This document shows positions 51,001 to 63,000 of a DNA stretch of 64,000 nt, one piece after another. The position numbers were made by a program, and so were the translations under genes. The notes beneath the pieces were generated by a model. It saw only the letters and a list, made by a program, of their open reading frames with translations, ran no database searches and had not been told where the DNA came from. The stretch is from assembly GCA_964415355.1 (NCBI GenBank), contig CAYPYS010000001.1:283819-347818 (forward strand), given 5' to 3'. This DNA comes from an uncultured Planctomycetia bacterium. Lineage in GTDB: Bacteria; Omnitrophota; Gorgyraeia; Gorgyraeales; Gorgyraeaceae. Numbering within the stretch: position 1 is the first letter of the stretch; each line of letters opens with the position of its first letter.

Positions 51001-54000
51001 CTGCTCGTCTTGTATGCCCTGGTCCTCTGTTTTTAAGCTTTCATTTTTCTGGCCTAAGTCTACTTTTCTATCATTCAGCTTTCCGTCTTCATCGATGATC
51101 TCCTGTCTTTGAGAAGACAATCTAACGCCTTCCTCTGCTGCCAGAGCCAGGTCTGTTTCAAATCTGTTGTTTTGCGCCTGCAGCTCTACCTTGTCAGTTG
51201 CTAATTGTCTTTTTCCTTGATCTAGCGCCTGCCCCATTGCTTTGTGTTGAGCTTCCTGTTGTGCCAACACCTGCAGTTTTTGCGCTAGTTCCTGCTTAGC
51301 GGCTTCCAACTCTTCATCCCTGCTCCATCTCCTTATAACTTCTCTCACTAATTCTTTGTATAGGTCTTCTATATCTTCTTTGCTATTCACGGCTTGTAAG
51401 CACTTGATCAAAAAATTAGGCTTACTTAACTGATCGATAAAACCTATGAGTAACGGGTACTCTGCTGAATCTTTTATGACTGGTTCCTGCCCTTCAGTTA
51501 ATTCTCTAAAAACTTTTTCCAGGCCTTTTAAAGCCAAGCTATCAAAGCCTTGTTCGGTTTCAATGGACAAGGTTCTTGGGTCAACTACATCATCTGGTAA
51601 TGATCCTCGCACCCGGACCCAGACTTCATCAAAACTCTCTCCCCCGCTATTCCTAATAGAAGTCAATCTTTCTCTTTCTTCTAACCGCGCTTTCTCATCT
51701 TCTGATTCCTTTCTCTGTATGGCTAATATATCTCCGGCTACTTTGTGTTCAGTCTTCTGCTGGTCCAATTCTCTTTCTCTGGCTTGCAATGCTAGCTCTC
51801 TAGCCTTTAATGCTTCTATTCTTTTGCTTAATTCATCTTGTCTTTTTCGAAGAGCAGCTTCCAGTGCCTTTAATTCTTCATTTCTTGTCTTTAGCGCCCT
51901 TATATCAGTTTCTAATTGCCGTCTTCCTTCCTCTACCCTTTCTAAATTCTTACTATAACTCTCTCTTCTATTATCAAGAGTTTCTCTCCTTTGTCTTAAA
52001 AACTCTCTTTTATTTTCAAGGCCTTGTCCCCATTCTTCAAGCTCTCTTCTCTGGCGCTCAAGCTCTTCGGCATTCTGCGCCTTTCTCTCTTCAGCAAAAA
52101 GCCCTTCATGCTGCAATGTCCAGACAAGCAATACAAGGTAAGCTGAAAATCCATATTTAAGGAGATTAAGCCTCTTCGAGAATTTCTGTACTATCTTTTC
52201 CTTATCTTCTTCGCCGTTAAAATCTATCCATACACGGGCGATCCTTCTCTGGCTATCAGAGTCTTCGCCGCTTCGTATATCTCCGATCATCGTTAGATAG
52301 GTATTTATCTCCTCGCCTGCGGTAGATTCAGCTTCGGTAAATTTCTTCAAATATGTTATCAATACAGCAATATCTTCTAAGTCTCGATCGCTGAAAAAAT
52401 TCGCCTCTATGACCATAGCCCCTGCTTCGTCCCTATGGTCGCCGCTGACAATATGACTGATCTCGTGCATTAACTGAGCTTCTATCAGAGCTAAGACTGC
52501 GTGTCGGCAAGCGCGTATTTCTCTATTCTTCTTTTCCTTAGAAAGATAGATAAGCAAATAAAATAAATCCGGACTTATATGCACTGTTGCAATGTATCTT
52601 TCAAAATCAACTTGCACGCGCCATGGCCTGCCAACCAATTCATAGTCAATGATACACTGCAGCCTCCCTCTATGCTCCCCTGGTCTTTTCTCGTCTTTTA
52701 AATAGTTAAGCCATGTCAATGCTGTGCGCTCTTTGTCTGTCTTGGGTTTTCTGCGGCTCAATAAGCTCAACCCGCTAAGCTTATTGAGATTAGAATCCCT
52801 CATGACTTTTCTTAAAATAACATAAAATTCTTTTGGTAATTCACCATTAAGTTCAACGCCCTTTATACTAACCGGCAAGCCGACCCTAAACATGCCAGAG
52901 GCCCTGACCCCATGCTCACCTGGTTTTTGCCCTCCAGAATTAGGGTCAACGTGTGGCGTTGTCGGATCTTCCGGAGTTTTAAAAGGTTTGATCACCCAGA
53001 CTGGTTTCCCGTCAACAGCAACATAGTGCTTATCTTCCTGATGGTCATAAACAGCTCCTTCTTTGCTGCCAAGTAAATAATCTTCCCAGGTCAAGTGACG
53101 CATGACTGTCTTCCAGATCGCATTCTGCACACTTGGAGAGCTCATAGGATCACCTGGTGGAAGGAGCGGCGTGACTTTAGTGCTGGCCAATAATTCAGTG
53201 CCTTCGTCGGTTTTCCCGTTATTCATCTTATTAAAGGCCTCTACTGCCATCGTCTCCACTACCTGGTCAGGAATCCTATCATCTCTAACAGCTATGTCAC
53301 TGCGGTCAAAGCCAGAACTTGCCAGGTTCTGGGCCCTCTGTATGATTTCTTCTCTCTGCATTCCTGCTGCTTCATCGCTTCCTAACCAAGGTTCATACCT
53401 ATTTACAAGCTCTCTTGCTCCTGTAGATAATCTTGTCTTAGAATGCGCCTCTTGGCCGCTAGCAACAAATCCTCTGGCTTCCGCAAAAGCATCCCAGGCA
53501 AATTCTACTGCCCGTGCCAATTGCCCTGGCATCCCGTCTATCTCATCTTCTACGGCCTGCTTATCTCTTTCTAATACCTCGACATATCTCGTTAAAGCCT
53601 TGACAGACTTTGATAGATCACCCAGGTCTTCTACTCCTTTTGTCATCTCTTCTGGCCGACTATGCATTACTGACTCTGCAACTCTATAACCATCGATGTC
53701 AACAACCACGTTATCCCCAGCCTGAGCTATGTCAACTTGCTTACCAAGTTTCCTCTGTATTGTCTTTATAAGATACTCATTGAGTTCCCTAGAGCGCATT
53801 GCAACAGTAACCCGGCGGCCTGGCGTGGCAGCTATTTTTTTCCTGACTGCCTCTGCCCTCTCTATTGCAGCCCTGCGCTCAGCTTCGCGATATCGTATAG
53901 CCTCTACCAGGACTTTATGAGCTCTTTTCAGCCGCCTACGTTCCCTTGCGGCTATCGTCTTTACTTCCTGTCTCGCTTTAGCTTGTTTAGCTTTAACTTC

Positions 54001-57000
54001 TCTGAGCAAAGTTTTCCATTCTGCATCAGCCTGGGCCAACATAGCATTTATCTGGCTGACTGTTTCCTTCCATGGATAATTCTCAACTAGCCCTAAAATA
54101 GCTTGTCCTTCTTGTAAAAGCGCATCTAATTCTTCAAACCCTTCTTCTTTACGGCTAAGTAGTTGGTTCAGATCAGCCTTTGCTTCGTTCTTAAGCCTTA
54201 TGATCTCAGCCTCGACCTGCTCTAGCTCTTGCCTGATATCTTGAGTAGCCTGTCTTTCCGCGGTTTCTCTTTCTGAAATCCTTCTATATATATCAGCTGC
54301 TATCTGTTCTTGCTCTAACATCTTTTCATAAATCGCTTTGACCTCTTTATTGGCACTTGTTATTTTCTCTATGGTAATCCTGCCTCTAATATTACAACCA
54401 TGTTTTCTCAGCGAAGCGCCTAATTCATCAGAAAGCTTCCTATAAGCAGACAATGTCTTCGCAAATTCAGCCTTCAAGGCCTCGTATTCCTTATAGGCTT
54501 TTTCTTTCTGTGCTGCAGCTTGTTCATAGATAGAAAGTTTTGCTTCTATCTGCTTGACCATTTCCCTCCAGCCAGGCACACTAGTCTCGCTGACTTTAAC
54601 GATCTTTTCATACGCAGCCAGTGCTGGCTCTTCTATTCCAGGCGTCTTGGCTTTGGTTCCAGAAACTACGCTGGAAAGACTATTAAAATTATCAGCGATC
54701 CTCTGTCCAGCCCCTTCTAATATAGGCACTATCTTTGCCATGAATTCCCTTGTTGGCTGAGCCTGTCTTAACCTAAAATCCTCTATTGCCCGATTGATAT
54801 CTCTGATCAATACATTAAAATCTCCCAATTTATCTTCTGCTTGCCTTATCTTGTTTTCGACTTCTTGTTTTACAGAATCAGATTTTGCCAAAAATTCCAT
54901 TAATACTCCCAGGCTTTCTGCTCTGGCAGCTTCTGAGCAAGACAGATAATAAGCCTCGCTAGTCTGGACAGCTTCATTAATAGTTTTTATTACCTCAAGA
55001 TAGATCGCATTGCGCCGCGCAAGAAAAGCCTGTGATTGGGCAGGCATGTCTTCCTTGAGATACTTCTCTAATTCAGCTAAATGATCTTTGAGTTCGCTAA
55101 GCCCCTGCTCGACTGTAGTGCGATCTTCGCGCATATTCTCTATTATCTTAGTTGCCTGAGCGAGCGCTCTATCAAAAAGCTCTTGCATCTTAGTATTTTG
55201 AGCCTTTACGACTCTTGCGTTCTCCTTGACAGTCGCCAGGCCTTCTGACATTTCCAGAGATACCTTTTCACGCAAGGCAGTAGAAAACCTTTCTGCTTCT
55301 CTAGTGGCAGCTTCCCATTTCTCGGCTGATGCTACTAAGAGCTCGCTTCCTTTTAACTGCTTCTCCCTCAGACTGGCAAGTAGGCCAAGCATATCCTGCC
55401 ATGCCTCAGTCTGTAGATCGATCACTGCCAGGTTGAATTCTTCATCATAGGCTGCCTTCTGGCCCTTTGTCATATTCTTGATCTGTCTCCTAAAAATAGA
55501 CCTACTTACCCTACGGCCTATAAACCTTGAAACCCCGCGAGTAAGTTTTGCCTGGCTGATATTCCTTAAGATCCTAAGCGTCTCAAATAATGTACCGACT
55601 CCAGCCCCTACTGCAAGCCCTGTACCTATTGCCAGGCCTTTTAAAGCAAAGGCTATGCCCACTGCTATTGAAGGCGCCACTATCACTAATGCCGATGCTA
55701 GTAATCCAGACCTGGATCTTCTAGCCAAAGCATCTCTTACATCGATGACTCCTGCATGCCTTGCATCATCTTTCACTACCATCATTGAGCCATCTGCATT
55801 CTGTACACTAGAACTCCCTTTAGTGTACAACCTTCCTCCAAATGCAGCTCTTTCTATAAGTGATTTTATTGCCCAGCCTATGCCTAGAAACGGAAGGCTA
55901 GATACTAAAGCTGCTCTTTTAGCTTTCTCGGCTTGTTGCTGCTGGCGTATCCTACTGGCTGCTTTTTCTTTTATTTCTTTTTTCTTAGTTTCAATAGCCT
56001 GCTGGCGCAGCCATGCAAGTATCGCATTTATACCAATGCGCCTGCTTAGTTCTGTTTCCTCAGGAGAAACAACTCTAACCTTCTCTCTATGGGCTCTTCT
56101 AGCTTCCTCAAGGGCCTGTCTATCTTCAGAGCTGGCCTCTTCTACCAGCATAAGTTTGATCTCATCAATAATTCCTTGAATAGCTCCTATATCAGCCCCC
56201 GATCTTTTAATGGCGCCCTGCCATAAGAAAAATGGATAACAGATGGCTGTATCGCTGTAAAAAGCTGCTGAGCCTTTATCGCCCTTAGCGTTCCTTATCG
56301 CTCTTTCTATCTGCGCCCTAAAATCTTGATCTATTTTTCTCTTGCGCTTTTCAAGTTCGCCTGCAAGTTTCTCTAATCTCTTAAGTTCATCGCGATCTAA
56401 AACAAAACTTGCCTGGCTGCCGGATTCCATTGACAACATGACTTCTGTGGTTAATTTATCCGGCAACCCTTCTGCATCCCTGTAAAAAGCCTGTATCCGG
56501 CTAAGGTTTTCATGCATCCTGGTCAGATCTTCTGCTTTCATATTCTCGGCCAGACGGTCAAATTCCTCGACTAATTCAGTCTTTTTTCCATACACAAACG
56601 CTATTAGAAACTCCATGAGCTCCCTGATTTGCGAGATTACAGCAACCTTCTTTTTTGCTTCAACTGTAAGTTCTGGTTTAGCTATAACAGGCTCCGCCTC
56701 TACTGCTGCTGGCGCCGGGGGTTCTTCTGGAGCAACTTCTTCCGGGGCTACCTCAGAACTAACAGCCTCTAAAGTCTCTTCAGCTGTTTCCTCTTCCGCC
56801 AACGAAATATCAACTACATGGAAATATTTTTCTAGAATTTCCTCTGCTTCTGCTATATATTCTTTAAAAGTCAGTTCTGGCGAACCTATCTTTGTCCCAT
56901 GCGCTCTCATCTCTATTAGCGCAGCCTGCAATACAGCGTCCTCCCTGGGTACATGCAGCCTTGCTATATTGTCTCCACCTATGATCAAATCAGGTATTTT

Positions 57001-60000
57001 TATATTAGATAAAGCATATTCTATATCTCCTGCTGATAAAGGCAGCGAAGTCTCATCATGATAATGATATCTGACAGGAGATAACAACCCTTGACCAGAA
57101 GTATCGCCTGATACTGACATATAATCAGAAAAGCCATTTCGAAATGCTACTGTAACCCTATTTCTGCGTTTTACAGAAACTACCCTGCCTGTTGGTGTCA
57201 TACCAATGATACCGCCTGTTTCAAAGAAAAGCTCATCTCGTAAATTGCGTTCCAGGCGCTCGCGAGTTTCAAGATCTTCTATATCCAGCACATTAAGCAT
57301 AAAATCTATAACATCAGGATCGCCTTCTATAGCTACCCTAATATCTGAAAGCGTCACTTTCTCCCCTGACTCTAGGGCTTCGGATAAGGGCTTACCATTC
57401 ACAGTCAGCCTTAAAGGCCTGGCAGATTTTAAGCTAGCCCTACTTCTATATGTTGTTTGTTGAATCTTGGATTCCCCCGGGGATATGCATATTAAATTAT
57501 TTAAAGGCCTATCTGTCCATGTAAAATCAAATACATATGAAGCATTGCGTACATCTATCTGAGCTTCTTTTGCCCTAAGAGCTTCTTCTCTTAGAACAGG
57601 CGCGGCCGCTTCAATCATCTCAACATATCCAGCAACCTCTGCGGGAATAGCCTTATCTGTTTCTACTGGTGCTGGCATACTCGCAACTGGGGCAGTGACT
57701 GGCCTACCAAGACTTTCCCTTAAGCGAACACATATTCTTCTCAATAATTCATCGGCATTCTGCTCCTTCCAATCTTTACCTAGATAGTACTCGCGTGCTT
57801 TTAACATCTTCTCAGAAGGCCATCTATCAGATTCACGAGAAATAATGCGTAATGTGTTCTCCGCTAATTCTTCTATGCTCCTAAATACATATCCAATCTG
57901 CAATTCCCTCTTTTTTTGTGGGCCGGTCTGTCGCGTTAAAATCAGATCATAGACTCCTGGCCCTGACGGCGTTACAGAAACCCCTGACACCTGCTCAAGT
58001 AACCTTGATAACTCATGTAGAAATTTATCTATGAGGGCTGTCTGTTCTTTCGTATCTTTAGCCTCTGGAGCCAGTAAAACCATATCAATATCTCGTCTGG
58101 AACCTGACTTTAGATACCGGGTGCCTCCTACTATAATCGCTTCAATAGGCCTGCCCAATTTCTTACTAAGCGAGCGACTTGTTTCAGCGACAAAACTCTC
58201 TAATAGCGATAGGTTAATCTCATCCTTCTCTACGTTCCAGAATTCATTTGATTTATCAGTATAGGCCGATGTTTCTTCAGGTGGCGTATCGGCTTTCTTT
58301 ATCTCAGACAGCGAAGCTCCTTCAGCTGGAGCTTCAGCAGCTTCTGGCTCTGGCTCAGTTTGCTCTGTGTCTTCAGCTAATTTAGCTGGTGCTTCTGATG
58401 GAGCAACGATCCCCTGGTCTGGTGTCTCTCCTAAGATCGCGTCTATATGTTCTTGATTTTTTTCTACTTGAGCAGCGTAAAATTCTGCCAGCTTTATCCA
58501 TTCGGCCAAATATTCCTCAGAAATCCCCACTCTCTCGGCATACTCGAGCTGCTGGGTTAAAGTCAGGCTATCCGTATAACCTAACCTTCTTAACTCGCCT
58601 ATATCAGACTCGGAAAGATGAATACAATCCCTAATTAATATATATACCTGGAATATCTCTAACAGTTCATGAATAAGCCCAAATTTCTGGTCTGCCTCAC
58701 TGTTAAGCTCAGGATGAGCTGGATTTAAAACTACCTCTGCGCTGACCACCTCTCTGGCTTCAAGATCATACGATACAGTCGCGCTCGCAAGCTTCGGCAT
58801 CCCGTCAGCAGCATCTCCTGTTTCTTCGGCAAGTTCATGTTTCTTATAGACCAAATCAGGGTCTTCTCTAAACGTTACCCCGCAGGTCTGCTGTATTATG
58901 CTAAAAAGAACGTCCAAATCGATCAGCTCTTTAAAAAGCTGTTGCACATCTTTTACGCTCGTCGTAGGCATAGTTTTTTCTTCGCCCGGCTGCCCTGCAG
59001 ACAAGGTCACTCTTTCTATCCTATCCGTTTCGTCCATCTTATCTTTATAGAGTGCAAATAAGCGCTCTTGTTCTGAAATTATAGAAGCTATCTTTTCCAG
59101 CTGAGATGGTTCAAGATTTATTGTTAACTCAGAATTAAAAACGAGCGCCTCTATATCATCCAACAAACGATCTACTGTCCTAAGAGTACTCAAGACATCT
59201 CTCAACATATTTATATTATGAAATAAAAAATGCACTGCTTTAATAGGTCCCAGAAAATCCCACGTATCCGAATCTTCGGGAGGAACAGTTAAGCTATCGA
59301 TATCCCTCTGGATAAGTGATAGGGCAGAATCTATGCGCTCATATAGCTCTTTTAATTGAGGCTGTTCCGGCATCCCGACATCCCCATCTATTATATTTAA
59401 CCTACCTATTTCTTTTTTTAACTTAGATCTTTCTTTAACACTTGTGGATCTTAATGTAGAAAGTAAGTCCTCTTGCTCGTATTCTGTATACAGCGCCTCA
59501 GCTGGTGATTTAGAATCCTCTTCTTTTTCTCCTGTAAGAACTGGTATGTCTGCTTCTGGGATTGATTTACCAAGCCTACTATATCTCTCTGCCCAAATTT
59601 CGAATAATCTACGTTTGACAACTCTAACGGCTTCAAATGTTTCCTTTAATTGCCCCCACTCAAAAAGTCCTCCTGTTGCTAGAACCCCATCCATTACAGC
59701 TTCTGCATCGTCTAACTCTAAATCTATCTCCTCTAATGCCTGCCTTGAGCTTTTTACAGCCTTTTCAGAGTCATCTCTTTTTAATCTATTGATTTCTTTG
59801 TCTATCCTTCTCCTGATATCTTCTAAGGCTTTTGCTATTCTAAGTGAATCTGAAAGCGATGCCAGAACTTTTCTTATTGCAGGGATTGCTGCCTCAAAAG
59901 TCTCTGCATATCTGGTTGCTGCGTCAAGATCATTAATAAGTTCAGTAGATACTTCACCGCCTATTTGTCTGAGCATATCAACCCTGCCAGCCCAGGCTTT

Positions 60001-63000
60001 TGTAAATTCTTCTCCTACTCTTTCTTCATCGGAAGCCAGTTCCTGCAACTCATCCAAGAGTGCCTTTTCAATCATATCAGGTAGACCTAATAAATCTTCT
60101 GTTCCTGATAAACCACAAATAACCTCATCCACTGTCCGCATTGCAGGATTATCGCGGTAAAACTCCTCTATTATCTCCTGCATAGTGGGTTCCAATACTT
60201 CAGTCTCAAGGTCCCTAAAAGCAAAACTCAAATATCCTACATCTAATAAATCCATCAATTCTTTCATTTCATCTTCGGAAAATTTTTCGAGAATAGACCT
60301 GACAATCTCACTGGTTGCTGCTTTTGGTTGCTGATTTATTTCTGTCTGCAATGTCAAGTAAGATGGGCTTTCTTCGATTTGCTGTGGGATCTTTCCCATA
60401 TGGACCAATAGCAATATCAATCTTATCCTGTCAAGCGCTGTGCATAATATAATTCTGGAATTATCATCGGATCCTGTCAGATGTTCCTCGGCAAGATCCA
60501 ATAAAGCACTGACCATTCTTCGTGCTAAAAGAGGAAGATTTTCAAGAAGCCCCCTTGTCTCAATAATATAAGATTTCATATAGCGCTCACGCAATTCAAC
60601 TAAACTCTGCGCCATCCTTTTATTCCGCCTAGATTCTGGCTGATAACCTGTGCCTTTATTACGAAATTTAAAATCAACCCTTAAATCAGCGATTTCTGCA
60701 TCACTATAGCCAAGTGTTTTCTGCAGGTAACTAAAATATCTATCTTGGAATCTTGAAAATATATCAGGGAAATTATCACGGGCAATGGTTATAAGCCCTA
60801 AAAACTGCGCATTTTTACGCAATGTGGAAACCCTTACATAGTGAAAACCTTCCAGCTCTGGTAATACAGGCACATGCCCCATCACGCCGTCAAAGAAACT
60901 AGTTTGCGATTGTCCAGCGCCGCCGCCGCTTCCTTCAGGATCCACTGAATATCCTGTGCCGGTATTGGAATTTCCTAAAACATACCTATGGATAGAGGTC
61001 TTTTCTGTCAATGGCAGGGCTGCCATAAAACTCCAGGTCTTCATCCCTCTAAAGAAATGAGCCAGCATAATATTAAGAGCCTCTATTTCAAAATCTCCTG
61101 TCTGAGTAAGGATGTAAAAGTATGGGACAAAAGGAACTGCCGGTCTTTGTATTGGATAATGTATAACGCCTAGCTGCTCAAGGGCTTCCATGTAAATCCT
61201 CATTGCAAGACGATCACCTGGCGAGAACCTGTGTTCAGCAGATTTCTTACTGCTAGTATATCCCGACTTATTAATTCCTGTGTTTCTTATGCCACGTTTT
61301 GATGGCACCTTAAGCAAAAGATTAGTAATAGCTAATCTATCTTTTGTGCCTATATTATCAGCAGACTCTGCTGTCTCAAGCCCCTGGTTGCAATCTGTCC
61401 TTGGATCATAATATCCCTTAATAAAAGTAAAAAGTTTAGCCAGTCTGGACAACCTGCCTAGTTCAAAAGGAGAACTAAGATCTACCCCTTTAAAAAATCC
61501 TATTATTCTGACAGCCATCAGTGCTGATCTGGCTGCGATGGATAAATCTACACGCTTGCCTGTTGCACGATTGCCTTCTAGAGAAAAGCCTCTTAATGTC
61601 TCTTCAGGCCATGAGATAGCGCGTAATATTTTTAATGTCTCTTTGGATATCGGCCTTCCGCTAGATTTTGTCTTATGCGCTATAGCATTATCTCCACCCA
61701 TAAGAAGTAAGCTTAACTCTACAAGATCTTTGAATACAGTATTGTCACCGCCTATATTTCGTTCTTCTAATCTCACTAAAAGAGGGACCAGGGACTCTCC
61801 TATTTCTGCAAAAATATTTGCAAGATGGACGCATCTATCTGAACTGATAGTACTGCGGTCACCCAACAAGGCAAGCCCAAATGCGGTGATCATATCAGGG
61901 TCCTCGATTAATTTTTCCAAAATATTTTTAATAGTCTTGTCTTTTGTGTACTCTTTATCGTGATAACAGATATGAATAATAAACCCAAGAAAATCGCTCA
62001 CTATTTTTGATAGCGGGTGATTTCTTCCTGTTATCTTTTGCCATAACTCTAATATATCAGCGGGTTCTATTCTTCGGCCTCGCATAAACAGTGACTTCAT
62101 TGCTTTAAGTAGTAATCTATGATTAGAGTCTAAACTTAAAGCTACTTCTGCTGCAGCTTCTACAATATGCGCTTCTTGATCTTCGAGTGCCCACTTAGAT
62201 AATGCTGCGTATAGCTCTTCTATAATGTGTGAAACCACAATTACGCCAGAATCCCTGAGAAGAGGCCTGGATCCTATAATATTTTCGGCGTTTTTCCTGA
62301 CAGCTGGTTCAAGTCTGTCCAGATACCCTCTAAGTAATTTAATCGAGCTAAAGATATCAGCTGGGTTACCAAGCCTATTAATAAAATCAAGCGCTGTCTT
62401 ACGGCTTAGCGGCCTGGGAAAATATTTACTGAGAGTTTTCTCAACTGTCTCCTCTAAGAGAGTATCATGTCCTGCCTTTGCTATAGCCTGCCCAATAGTC
62501 TCTTCGCTGGCAGAATCTTCAGCTAAGGCTTCTTCTATAATACCAATGACTTCTCCCTTAATAGCCTGCTCTCCTTTTTCAGCAACTAAAAGAGGTCTCC
62601 TGCTGGCAATGCCTCTTGCCGCATCTTCGATGCGCTGGACAAACCCGGCAATCTCTGCTTCTATATCACTAAATACAGCCAATTTGCCATCTATATCTTT
62701 TTCCTGTGAAAGTCGAGCTTGAATACGTCGTTTCACTTCTTTATTGCTAAGTTTCAGGCGTTTTGCATCATTGCGCGCGTTCGTAATTGTTGCCTTGATC
62801 GCGTCAGGAATAAAGGCCTGCTTGAGTCCTGACAAGGCTTTACCAAGCGACCCTGCGCCAGCCGCTAACCTGTCTGAAATAGCAGTTACGATATTTCCTA
62901 ATTCAAAGACTCCCCCCAGACTCGAGAACTTATGAAAATGAAATCCCGGGAATCTTTCGTATAATTCTTCTGCGGCTTGCCATAACTCTTCCTGCGCTTT

